Of a DNA stretch of 64,000 nucleotides, positions 39,442-47,938 are shown piece after piece. This DNA comes from Patescibacteria group bacterium. Lineage in GTDB: Bacteria; Patescibacteriota; Minisyncoccia; UBA6257; GWB1-50-10. The stretch lies in contig JANBVK010000001.1 of the NCBI GenBank assembly GCA_024239035.1, positions 338,115-402,114 on the forward strand, in the 5' to 3' direction. The position numbers and the translations under genes are program-made. Each line of letters opens with the position of its first letter. Positions within the stretch are counted from its first letter, which is position 1. The notes under the pieces were generated by a model, which saw only the letters and a list, made by a program, of their open reading frames with translations, did not search any database and had not been told where the DNA came from.

Positions 39442-40431
39442 ATGGCAAAACCAGTTCTTGTATCAGGTATTCAACCTACAGGAAAGCTCCACTTAGGTAA
39501 CTATTTGGGTGCGCTTAAAAATTTTGTTGAACTCCAAAATTCCGGTAAATACCTGTGTTACTTTTCTATTGTTGACTACCACTCACTATCCGAGGTTTTC
39601 AGCCCAAAAGAGAAATCAAAGCAAATATTAGAATTAATTGCCGACTTTCTGGCAGCGGGTTTGGACCCCCAAAAATCTACTATCTTTGTCCAATCAGCAG
39701 TCCCGGCCCACACCGAGCTAGCTTGGGTTCTGAGTACGGTTACTCCCTTTGGTGAACTGCGTCGGATGACACAGTTTAAAGAGAAATCAGAGGACACCCC
39801 TCAAAACATAAATGTGGGTCTTTTTAACTACCCGGTACTCATGAGCGCCGATATAATTATCTATAATGCTAAATTTGTCCCAGTCGGCGATGACCAACTC
39901 CAACACCTAGAATTCACTAGAATGATTACAAGAAAGTTTAACAAGAAATTTGGTAAAACCTTCACAGAACCGAAACCTCTTCTTACTAACGTCCCCCGTC
40001 TCATGAGCCTAGATAATCCAAGTAAAAAAATGTCCAAATCTAGGCCGGGAGGATGTCTATTTATTGACGACACACCTACCACAATAAGAGAAAAAATCAA
40101 AAGAGCCGTCACTGACTCCGGCTCCGAAGTTAAATACAGTCCCAAAAACAAACCAGCAATAAGTAACCTGCTTCTCATTTATTCTGCAATGAGCGGCAAA
40201 TCGGTAAAAACCCTTGAGAAATCCTACAAAGGAAAGGGCTATGCTGAATTCAAAAAAGATTTAGCCGAAGTTGTCGTAAAAGCCCTCACGCCGTTCCAAA
40301 AGAAAAAGAAAGCATTAAAAACTCAAAGCTTAAAACTCAAAGCTACGCTAACTGCCGGCAATAAAAAGGCTAATACTGTCGCCTCAAAAAAACTCCTTGA
40401 AGTCAAAAAGAAAATCGGTTTGATCCTATAA
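39442..40431 (+). CDS. trpS: tryptophanyl-tRNA synthetase
   Basis: 329 aa. GIQPTGKLHLGNYLGA (HIGH region) and KMSKS. Confidence 0.9.
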   Translation: MAKPVLVSGIQPTGKLHLGNYLGALKNFVELQNSGKYLCYFSIVDYHSLSEVFSPKEKSKQILELIADFLAAGLDPQKSTIFVQSAVPAHTELAWVLSTVTPFGELRRMTQFKEKSEDTPQNINVGLFNYPVLMSADIIIYNAKFVPVGDDQLQHLEFTRMITRKFNKKFGKTFTEPKPLLTNVPRLMSLDNPSKKMSKSRPGGCLFIDDTPTTIREKIKRAVTDSGSEVKYSPKNKPAISNLLLIYSAMSGKSVKTLEKSYKGKGYAEFKKDLAEVVVKALTPFQKKKKALKTQSLKLKATLTAGNKKANTVASKKLLEVKKKIGLIL

Positions 40432-40437
40432 CCTTTA

Positions 40438-40474
40438 TAAACGGCTCAACGGCGTCGAGTCGTTGAGCCGTTCG
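40438..40474. terminator. AACGGCTCAACG-family bidirectional hairpin between convergent trpS and ileS
   Basis: TAAACGGCTCAACGGCGTCGAGTCGTTGAGCCGTTCGG. Confidence 0.6.
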
Positions 40475-40551
40475 GTTTAGATGTAGACAAAATCTGGTTT
40501 GTGAGGTCGTGTCTTCACTCCGTCCACATATGTGGATAAACTGAGGACACG

Positions 40552-43500
40552 TTATTTCAGTTTTCGGAGCGCGAGCCAAATTGGCCACGTATTAAGTTTT
40601 GTTTCCAGTTCAATATCAAATTTACTCGATCGCTTAAACTCTATTGTCTTCGCATTAACTTCCTTTTTCACTAATTTCTCATTTGTCTCAACAACGTGGT
40701 GTAACTCCTGCGGCAGCTCAACCATCAAAACAACCTTGTCTTTTGGCTCAAACCCCGCATCCTGCCGCAGACCCTGAACTAAACGAACAAATTCCCGAAG
40801 CCAGCCTTCTTCTTTCAGCTCGTGAGTAAGAGTAGTATCCAGTTTAACTTCTTCTTCTAAATTTTTATCGAAGATGACGTTTTTAATATTAACTTCGTCT
40901 TTAATAATTTCGTAAATACCAAAACTTTTAGAAAACTCTATTGAAGTACTTACTTTCGAAAGAGGTTGACGAACCTTAATGCCTTCTTCGGCTCTTTTAG
41001 CTAAAATAATACTTGAAAGGCGACGGGCGTCTTCCATCTCTTTTAATAATTTTTTATTAATCATCTTTTTATTTGCCTTTGGCCAATCCTCCAAGTGAAC
41101 CGACAATTTACGATTCGCGGCCAGTGATTTATAGAGCGCTTCTGCAAAAAACGGCACAAAAGGCGCAAGAAGCTTACTGACCTCCAAAAGTACGTATCCG
41201 AGTGTCTCTGATGCTGCTCGATAATCTTGTTGGCTCTCCGGTCTTTGAAATCTTCTTCTGGACCGCCGAATATACCACCTAGAGAGATCGTTTACCAAGA
41301 CCTCTATCGCCCGGGCAGCACTTCCCACTTCATACCGTTCTAAGTCCCCGGTCACTTCCAGAATAGTCTCATTAAGCCGGGATAAAACCCAAACATCGAG
41401 TACGTTGGTTGTTTTTGGCGCGCCATCGGGCGACCTCTTATCTGTATATGTATTAAAGAAAACAAAAGAATTATAAGTTAGTGAAATAAATTGCCGCAAC
41501 ACCTTAGCTAAATCCCTCTCATCAAAACGTTTAGGTTCGCTTGGGGAATTTACTGTGTAAAAATACCAACGAATAGCATCGGCACCGTACTTTGAAATCT
41601 CTATCCACGGATCGACAACATTCCCTTTTGATTTTGACATTTTCTGGCCACGCTTATCCAAAACTAATCCATGAGAAATCACGTTCTTGTACGATGTGCC
41701 ACGCCCCAAAAGAACCGAGACCGCTAAGAGCGTGTAAAACCATCCACGAGTTTGATCTAATCCTTCAACAATGTAATCAGCCGGGAAATCAATCCGCCCG
41801 CTGGCAGACTTTTCAAAAGGATAATGCGCTTGCGCAAACGGCATCGCTCCCGAATCAAACCAGGCATCTATCACTTCTTTAACCCGTTCCATATTTCCCT
41901 TACATTGAGTACTAGGACAAGAAAAACGGACCTCATCTATGTAGGGTCTATGAAGATCTAATTCACCAATCTCGTTGCGAGGGATATTCCTGAAATGCAC
42001 CGGATAAGCTTTACTCTTTTCAGGATAAAAGCCTTCCGGTAAACCTTTTTTTGCGCTCATTTCACTTTCTCTGACCAAACCAGTCATCAAAGAGTACATC
42101 ATCCATAAAGGATCGCCGTGACTTACAATAACAATGGTCTTATTTTTATATTTCTTCTCTGTAAACTTTATAAAATCAAAAATTCTCGCACTCAAATCGT
42201 TCAATGACTCGCCATTGGGAGCTGGCCGCGTAAAGCGCTCGTGGGGATAATTAAAATAACGATGATATTCCTCTATACTTTTATCGTTAAAATCACCGAC
42301 ATCTAACTCTCTCAAACGGACATCATAGACAACCTTAAGGTCGGTTTTGTGAGCAATTATCCCAGCTGTTTCTTTGGTACGAAGTAAATCCGAAGAGAAA
42401 ATCAAATCAATCTTTTTCTTTTTCAACTCCCGGCCAAGCCTACGCGCTTGATCTTCACCGATAGTAGTAAGAGGATATTTCTTCTTCTCCGGCCAACAAC
42501 TATTGATGCCTTCTAAATTATTTTTAGCTTCTGCGTGCCGCACAAAAATGTACTGATTTGTGCTCTCCCCCCAAAGTTTTTCAAGTCTTTCAATACTTCC
42601 TACCACCTCCGTCTTACCGCATTTCTTACACTCCCAGATAGGTAAAGGCGTGCCCCAGTAACGCTCTCGGGAAAAAGCCCAATCCTTCGCCTCTCTCAAC
42701 CATTCGCCAAATCGGCCTTCTTTAATGTGTTTAGGTATCCAGTTAATCTTTTTATTGGCGGCCAGAAGCTTGGGCCGTAGCTTACTCATTGCGATAAACC
42801 ACGAATCGCGGGCGTAGTAAATAAGAGCCGTGTCACAACGCCAGCAAAATGGGTAGTCGTGAGTGTATTGCTCGGTTTTTAGCTTATAGCTTTTAGCTTC
42901 TAGGTGGTGTAAAATTTTCTCTTCGGTTTTTTTATCCTTGACGTATAGACCGGATAAACCTGGAACTTCTTTAGTAAATTTTCCGTTCTCGTCAACTGTG
43001 TGATACTGGGGTAATCCCACTTTTTTCCCGAGATTATAATCATCCTCTCCGTACATCACTGCCGTATGCACCACACCGGTTCCTTCAGCCGTCGTCACAA
43101 ATTCAGCTGGATAGACTTTATAAGAATTTTTATGTTTTAGCGGCTTTACGTTAAAAAGCGGTTCGTATTCCCAACCAACAAGATCTTTCCCGTTGAAGGT
43201 TTCTTCTTCATTCCCTTTATAGGAATCTTCATCAAGAATAGAGAGCCGATCCTCCGCAAGAATAAGAATTTCCCCGTTTTTCATGCGCACTCTCTTGTAG
43301 AGAATATCTTTACCGACTGCAAGCGCCACGTTGCCAGGTAGAGTCCAGGGAGTTGTTGTCCAAGCGAGAATGTATACTTTTCCTGACTTTATTTGCGGAT
43401 CAGATCCCCTACGAACGCGGAACTTCACATATACCGAGCTGTCAGTAGTCTCTTTATAGCCCTGAGCGAGCTCATGAGAAGAAAGAGCCGTTCCGCAGCG

Positions 43501-44046
43501 GGGACACCACGGTAACACTTTGTGCCCCTTATAAAGCAGTTTTTTCTTTGAAATCTGTGAGATTATCCACCAGAGCGTCTCAATATATTTTGACTCGTAA
43601 GTAATATAGGGATTCTCCATGTCCAGCCAGAAACCGATGCGTTCGGTGAGCTTCTCCCATTCGTCTTTGTATTTCCATACCGATTCTTTGCACTTTCGGT
43701 TAAACTTGGCAATGCCGAATTTTTCAATTTCCTGCTTTGATTTAAGACCCAATTCCTTCTCAACTTCTATTTCAACCGGCAAACCATGCGTGTCCCATCC
43801 GCCGCGCCGAGGCACAAAAAAACCGGACATCGTTTTGTAACGAAGGATAATATCCTTAAACGAGCGGGCTAAAACGTGGTGAATCCCCGGCCGGCCATTC
43901 GCTGTGGGAGGCCCTTCGTAAAATACGAATTTCTTACTCTTCACTCTCTGCGCAACTGCTTTATCAAAAATTCTGTTAGTTTTCCAGAATTCCAAAACTT
44001 TCTCTTCTATTTCGGGTAGTGAAAACTTTTTGAGCTGTTGAAGCAT
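40552..44046 (-). CDS. ileS: isoleucyl-tRNA synthetase with an embedded histidine-phosphatase (PGAM-family) domain
   Basis: 1164 aa. HIGH-like PGIHHVLA, KMSKS. Zinc knuckle WECKKCGK...(about 230-aa insert)...CPSTQC. The insert carries the RHG-type motifs IFVRHAEAKNN and IVIVSHGDPL. Confidence 0.9.
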   Translation of the reverse strand: MLQQLKKFSLPEIEEKVLEFWKTNRIFDKAVAQRVKSKKFVFYEGPPTANGRPGIHHVLARSFKDIILRYKTMSGFFVPRRGGWDTHGLPVEIEVEKELGLKSKQEIEKFGIAKFNRKCKESVWKYKDEWEKLTERIGFWLDMENPYITYESKYIETLWWIISQISKKKLLYKGHKVLPWCPRCGTALSSHELAQGYKETTDSSVYVKFRVRRGSDPQIKSGKVYILAWTTTPWTLPGNVALAVGKDILYKRVRMKNGEILILAEDRLSILDEDSYKGNEEETFNGKDLVGWEYEPLFNVKPLKHKNSYKVYPAEFVTTAEGTGVVHTAVMYGEDDYNLGKKVGLPQYHTVDENGKFTKEVPGLSGLYVKDKKTEEKILHHLEAKSYKLKTEQYTHDYPFCWRCDTALIYYARDSWFIAMSKLRPKLLAANKKINWIPKHIKEGRFGEWLREAKDWAFSRERYWGTPLPIWECKKCGKTEVVGSIERLEKLWGESTNQYIFVRHAEAKNNLEGINSCWPEKKKYPLTTIGEDQARRLGRELKKKKIDLIFSSDLLRTKETAGIIAHKTDLKVVYDVRLRELDVGDFNDKSIEEYHRYFNYPHERFTRPAPNGESLNDLSARIFDFIKFTEKKYKNKTIVIVSHGDPLWMMYSLMTGLVRESEMSAKKGLPEGFYPEKSKAYPVHFRNIPRNEIGELDLHRPYIDEVRFSCPSTQCKGNMERVKEVIDAWFDSGAMPFAQAHYPFEKSASGRIDFPADYIVEGLDQTRGWFYTLLAVSVLLGRGTSYKNVISHGLVLDKRGQKMSKSKGNVVDPWIEISKYGADAIRWYFYTVNSPSEPKRFDERDLAKVLRQFISLTYNSFVFFNTYTDKRSPDGAPKTTNVLDVWVLSRLNETILEVTGDLERYEVGSAARAIEVLVNDLSRWYIRRSRRRFQRPESQQDYRAASETLGYVLLEVSKLLAPFVPFFAEALYKSLAANRKLSVHLEDWPKANKKMINKKLLKEMEDARRLSSIILAKRAEEGIKVRQPLSKVSTSIEFSKSFGIYEIIKDEVNIKNVIFDKNLEEEVKLDTTLTHELKEEGWLREFVRLVQGLRQDAGFEPKDKVVLMVELPQELHHVVETNEKLVKKEVNAKTIEFKRSSKFDIELETKLNTWPIWLALRKLK

Positions 44047-44107
44047 AATCTTAATTCTATAAATTATCTTGCTAAAATTAAACCTGACCCTTGGTCTCTC
44101 TATTTCT

Positions 44108-45811
44108 TTACATCTGTTTAGGAGCAGAAATTCCTAAGAGAGAAAGGCCGCTTGTAAAAGTTATAGAAAGAGCGCGCGCAAGAGCAACTCGAAACGCTTT
44201 CTTTCCCGTACTTTCTTCCTGCATAACCGGATGTGAATGATAAAACTCATTAGCTTTCTGCGAAAGATTGTGCAAATAGAAAGCTAAAGTATTCGGTGTC
44301 CGTTTCTCAAGCGCTGATTCTATAACTTCCGGAAACCTCAAGAGAGCGACAAGCAATAATCTTTCGGTATCATCTAACGTCTCGCCCTCAGACATTTTGT
44401 TCGGTGTCTTTCCAATCTTTCGTAGAATGCTTAAAAAACGTGCATTAGTGTACTGGATATACGGACCAGTATCACCCTCAAAGGATAATGCTTCCTCACG
44501 GTTAAAGATTATATTTGATTTCCGATGATGAGATAAATCAAAGTATTTCAAGGCTCCAATACCCACTTCTTTTGCAACTTCATCTGCGTTCTCTAAATCA
44601 GGATTCTTCTCCTGAATCACTTCTCTAGCCCGAGCAACCACGTCATCTAGCACGCTCTGAAGAGAAATAACCGAGCCTTTACGAGTACTCATTGCCCCTT
44701 CAGACAAAGACATGAAACCGAACTCAATATGCTCACTCTCGTTGACGCCTTTAAGACCTAAAAGTTCGGAAACTTTAAACAACTGTTTGAAATGATGCAA
44801 TTGCCGCACGTCCACCACGTAGAGATTTTTCCAAAAATCCAGCTCTCTTTGCCAATATTTGAGAGTAGCAAGGTCACGAAGCAGATACGTCGAGGCTCCA
44901 TCAGATTTAGTAAGCACGGCTTCATCTAAGCCGTAATCTAAAAGATCTACCACAACCGCTCCATCGTCCGTCTTTTTAGCTACTTTTTTTCGTAAGGACA
45001 GTTCTACAATTTCGGGCATCAAATCCTCATACGCGCTTTCGCTTCTATGCTTTTCGAAAGGCAGAAGATTTAGTTGGCTTATAATCTCCCGGAATTTTTC
45101 CATTGACACATCCACCATCCACTGCCAGATTTCTCTGTTTTCTTTATCACCTCGTTCTAATTTTGCAAATTCTTCTTTCGCCTTCTTGCGGCGTTCAGGA
45201 TCGTCTTCAATAAGGCGGGTTTCATCAATATAAAGCTGATTTAATTTTTCAACCGGGTTCTGCTTTACTTCGTCTTTTTCCTGCTCGCTCAATGACTTAT
45301 AACCGTAGATTAAAATACCAAATTGTGTTCCCCAGTCACCAATATGGGTATCTGATACAACCGTATACCCCTCGGTAATAAACATTCGCTTCAGAGCGTC
45401 ACCTATCACCGCTGAACGCAGGTGACCCACATGAGGAATTTTTGCAACGTTCGGTTGAAAATATTCCACCCGTACCGTTTTTCCACGCCCTATATCGCTT
45501 TTTCCCCACTGACTAGTTTTCTTAAGTAGATGATTTAGGTTAGAAAGAAGTGCTTTGTCGTGAATCCAAAAATTAATAAAGCCTGGGGGCACCACTTCAA
45601 TTTTCTTGAAAAATTCCTCAGGCGCTTTTTGCCTCAGATGAGAAATAATATCCTCGGCAACGCTCACGGGGGTTTTCCCCAAGTGCTCCGCCAGCTGAAA
45701 AGCGACGTTTGTCGAATAATGGCCGAATGTTTCCTTTTCGGGAACAGTTACGTTAATCTCAGTATTTCTAGGGACAACTTTCTTAAGATAAGTAATAATT
45801 TTATCTCGCAT
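44108..45811 (-). CDS. argS: arginyl-tRNA synthetase
   Basis: 567 aa. HVGHLRSAVIGD (HIGH) and the C-terminal DALS anticodon-binding domain. Confidence 0.9.
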   Translation of the reverse strand: MRDKIITYLKKVVPRNTEINVTVPEKETFGHYSTNVAFQLAEHLGKTPVSVAEDIISHLRQKAPEEFFKKIEVVPPGFINFWIHDKALLSNLNHLLKKTSQWGKSDIGRGKTVRVEYFQPNVAKIPHVGHLRSAVIGDALKRMFITEGYTVVSDTHIGDWGTQFGILIYGYKSLSEQEKDEVKQNPVEKLNQLYIDETRLIEDDPERRKKAKEEFAKLERGDKENREIWQWMVDVSMEKFREIISQLNLLPFEKHRSESAYEDLMPEIVELSLRKKVAKKTDDGAVVVDLLDYGLDEAVLTKSDGASTYLLRDLATLKYWQRELDFWKNLYVVDVRQLHHFKQLFKVSELLGLKGVNESEHIEFGFMSLSEGAMSTRKGSVISLQSVLDDVVARAREVIQEKNPDLENADEVAKEVGIGALKYFDLSHHRKSNIIFNREEALSFEGDTGPYIQYTNARFLSILRKIGKTPNKMSEGETLDDTERLLLVALLRFPEVIESALEKRTPNTLAFYLHNLSQKANEFYHSHPVMQEESTGKKAFRVALARALSITFTSGLSLLGISAPKQM

Positions 45812-45868
45812 ATTATAATTGTAACCTAAGAAGGTGTTTTCGGGTAAATAAGGGATTAGAATTAATAT

Positions 45869-46306
45869 ATGAGTACATTAGCCATAAATAAACGAGCAAC
45901 GTTTGATTATGAGACTCTAGAAAAGTTCACTGCGGGCATTGAGCTTACCGGGCATGAAACAAAGTCTATGAAGCTCGGCCACCCAAACATTGTGGGCGCA
46001 CATGCAATTATACGAGATAACGAGGTTTTTTCGGTTAATATAGATATTCCTTCTTTCCAACCCTTAAATGCTCCGAGTAACTACGATCCCCTGCGCACTA
46101 GAAAATTACTCCTGAGGCGCAGTGAGATAAAGTATCTCGCCGGTAAATTGCTGAGCGGCTTGACGCTCGTACCCTTGAAACTCTATACTGACCACGGATT
46201 AGTAAAGGTAGAAATTGCGCTGGCACGCGGCCGCAAAAAACACGACAAACGCGAGCTCATTAAAAAACGAGAAAGCGATAGAGAGATAAGAAAGTTCAAA
46301 AAGTGA
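45869..46306 (+). CDS. smpB: SsrA-binding protein SmpB
   Basis: 145 aa. ...YETLEKFTAGIELTGHETKS...KLLLRRSEIKYLAGK... The tmRNA gene follows immediately. Confidence 0.9.
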   Translation: MSTLAINKRATFDYETLEKFTAGIELTGHETKSMKLGHPNIVGAHAIIRDNEVFSVNIDIPSFQPLNAPSNYDPLRTRKLLLRRSEIKYLAGKLLSGLTLVPLKLYTDHGLVKVEIALARGRKKHDKRELIKKRESDREIRKFKK

Positions 46307-46308
46307 TA

Positions 46309-46619
46309 GGGGATGTTAGGCTTTGACAGAATACATTCTGGTAAATTGCAGGTCGAGCTGATTGACTCGTAAATCCGATCAAACTAATTTAACTGCTAAT
46401 AAAAACGCAGCTCCAGCTCTAGCATACGCTTAAGCTGGTATCGGTCCTTGATATCTAATATAGGTTAACCGGTATAATACATTAGATTCGCTTCTGGCAA
46501 AACGGTCCGATAGTCAGAAGTTAAATTATAGGATCACTTCTGTTTTCGTAAGAAAACTAAGCTTGTAGATTATCTACTCAGAAATATTTTGGACACCGGT
46601 TCAACTCCGGTCATCTCCA
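46309..46619 (+). ncRNA. ssrA: tmRNA (SsrA), CCA not encoded; tag peptide ANKNAAPALAYA
   Basis: 5' GGGGATGTTAGGCTTTGACAG...; tag ORF GCT AAT AAA AAC GCA GCT CCA GCT CTA GCA TAC GCT TAA at 46394-46432. tRNA-like 3' end CCGGTTCAACTCCGG-TCATCTCC-A pairs with the 5' GGGGATG. Confidence 0.8.
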
Positions 46620-46629
46620 CAAACAAAAA

Positions 46630-46657
46630 ATACTCCGCCTTGTGCGGGGTATTTTTT
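46630..46657 (+). terminator. rho-independent terminator after tmRNA
   Basis: ATACTCCGC-CTTGT-GCGGGGTAT-TTTTTTG. Confidence 0.6.
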
Positions 46658-46662
46658 GTTTT

Positions 46663-46823
46663 CTGGAATGGTCACGGAGTTGAACAAGCGGAGGGGGTCG
46701 GGGAACCACGATTGGTTCCCCGTGTTGGAATGAGTCCGCCATCTGGCGGACGGATTCAAAACCGAGGGTTTTGAAAGAGCTCCGACGTAAAGTTGGAGCG
46801 ATGTGAAACTCCTCATCTCCACA
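46663..46823 (+). ncRNA. tRNA-3'-associated structured element, copy 2 (downstream of tmRNA)
   Basis: CTGGAATGGTCACGGAGTTGAACAAGCGGAGGGGGTCGGGGAACCACGATTGGTTCCCCGTGTTGGAATGAGTCCGCC...TTCAAAACCGAGGGTTTTGAAAGAGC...GTGAAACTCCTCATCTCCACA. The start approximates the reverse complement of the tmRNA 3' end. The end copies GTTCAACTCCGGTCATCTCCACA. Confidence 0.7.
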
Positions 46824-46885
46824 ACTTGACGAATCGTTGTAGATGTGCTAGTCTATGATTAGCTCAAATCCAACATGGAGGAAAG

Positions 46886-47212
46886 ATGAAGAAACGAATC
46901 ATCTCCCCGCTACTGGCTACGTTTGCGGTCATCGCCCTTGTCGGATGCGACCCGGCTGCGCAACCACCTGATGAGAACACTCCCACGGACACTTCCTTGG
47001 AAAGCGTGATGGACTACGGCAACGGCGTCTACTACTTCCCACAGGACGGTTCGAGATTCGGCAACGCACTATCCGAATTCATCGCCGATCATCCTGATTT
47101 GGAACTCGTCGCCTTCGCCGATAACGGGAAGGGAGCCTTTGGACTCAGCATCGGGCACTTCATCGTGTTTCGAAATCGGGTCGATACCCCGCCAGACTCG
47201 ACCTCCAACTGA
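46886..47212 (+). CDS. small lipoprotein (signal peptide plus lipobox Cys), compositionally atypical
   Basis: 108 aa. MKKRIISPLLATFAVIALVGCDPAAQPPDE... Visibly higher GC and different codon usage than neighbouring genes. Followed by hairpin GAGACGGTCTC-ACCAGA-GATCGTCTC (47231-47258). Confidence 0.4.
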   Translation: MKKRIISPLLATFAVIALVGCDPAAQPPDENTPTDTSLESVMDYGNGVYYFPQDGSRFGNALSEFIADHPDLELVAFADNGKGAFGLSIGHFIVFRNRVDTPPDSTSN

Positions 47213-47469
47213 ACAAACAAGAACAAAGTTCGAGACGGTCTCACCAGAGATCGTCTCTTTCTTTTATCCAACCTACTCAACTACCACTATGTGATATATA
47301 TCATCTCTCTGAAGTTTCGATAACTTCTAGTCTCTTTCCCAATGTTTTCATACCGCTCAATAACTCATACGTTTCAAATATATAGCTTTCTAACTGGTTC
47401 TCCTTCAACTGCGCTCAGGACAGGCAAGTTTTTTGCGCTATCTCCACCAGAAAGAATTTCACACACCAT

Positions 47470-47498
47470 TGACAAATCCTATTTAATAGTTTACAATC
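47470..47498 (+). promoter_or_regulatory. consensus-like sigma-70 promoter TTGACA-N17-TACAAT
   Basis: TTGACAaatcctatttaatagttTACAAT upstream of the 47515 ORF. Confidence 0.45.
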
Positions 47499-47514
47499 AA
47501 GCACAGATCGACTC

Positions 47515-47820
47515 TTGAAAAGGAGCGAAAAAATGAGTGGACCAGCAAATCCGGAAACGAAAGAGGTTCACGGCCACACTTTTGAGTTTGTCAGCGAAGG
47601 CAAACCAGAAGTAGGCCTCCATCCTCACTGGAGAAGCATCGGCGCCAACTCCGTGTTCATTTTCCCTCCACATGGACAGAGAGAATCCTGGACTATCTGG
47701 TCCCCGTATCCCAATCTATGTGTTCATTCAACAGGAGAAGATGCTGAAGAAAAATCTTTCTCTATGGTTGGAACAATCATAGAGACTCTAACTGCCCGGC
47801 AACACGCCGTATCGGTCTAA
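47515..47820 (+). CDS. hypothetical small protein
   Basis: 101 aa, no recognisable domain. Lies in the insertion flanking the tmRNA gene. Confidence 0.3.
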   Translation: MKRSEKMSGPANPETKEVHGHTFEFVSEGKPEVGLHPHWRSIGANSVFIFPPHGQRESWTIWSPYPNLCVHSTGEDAEEKSFSMVGTIIETLTARQHAVSV

Positions 47821-47938
47821 TGGAGATCTAAATTCTACCAACGGGCCCCGTTCTCTATAGAACGGGGCTCTTGATGTTTTAATACGTCTAAGCTCAACTG
47901 GCCACTTGCGCTTCTCAGAACACTTGTAGTATCCTACT

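Noticed and set aside
24583-46823. Integron attC sites or IS200/IS605-type ends as an explanation for the tRNA-flanking elements
   Set aside because: No cassette ORFs, no integron integrase, no R/L core-site consensus, and no TnpA, TnpB or IscB nearby. The ends are specific to each host tRNA, which neither model predicts.
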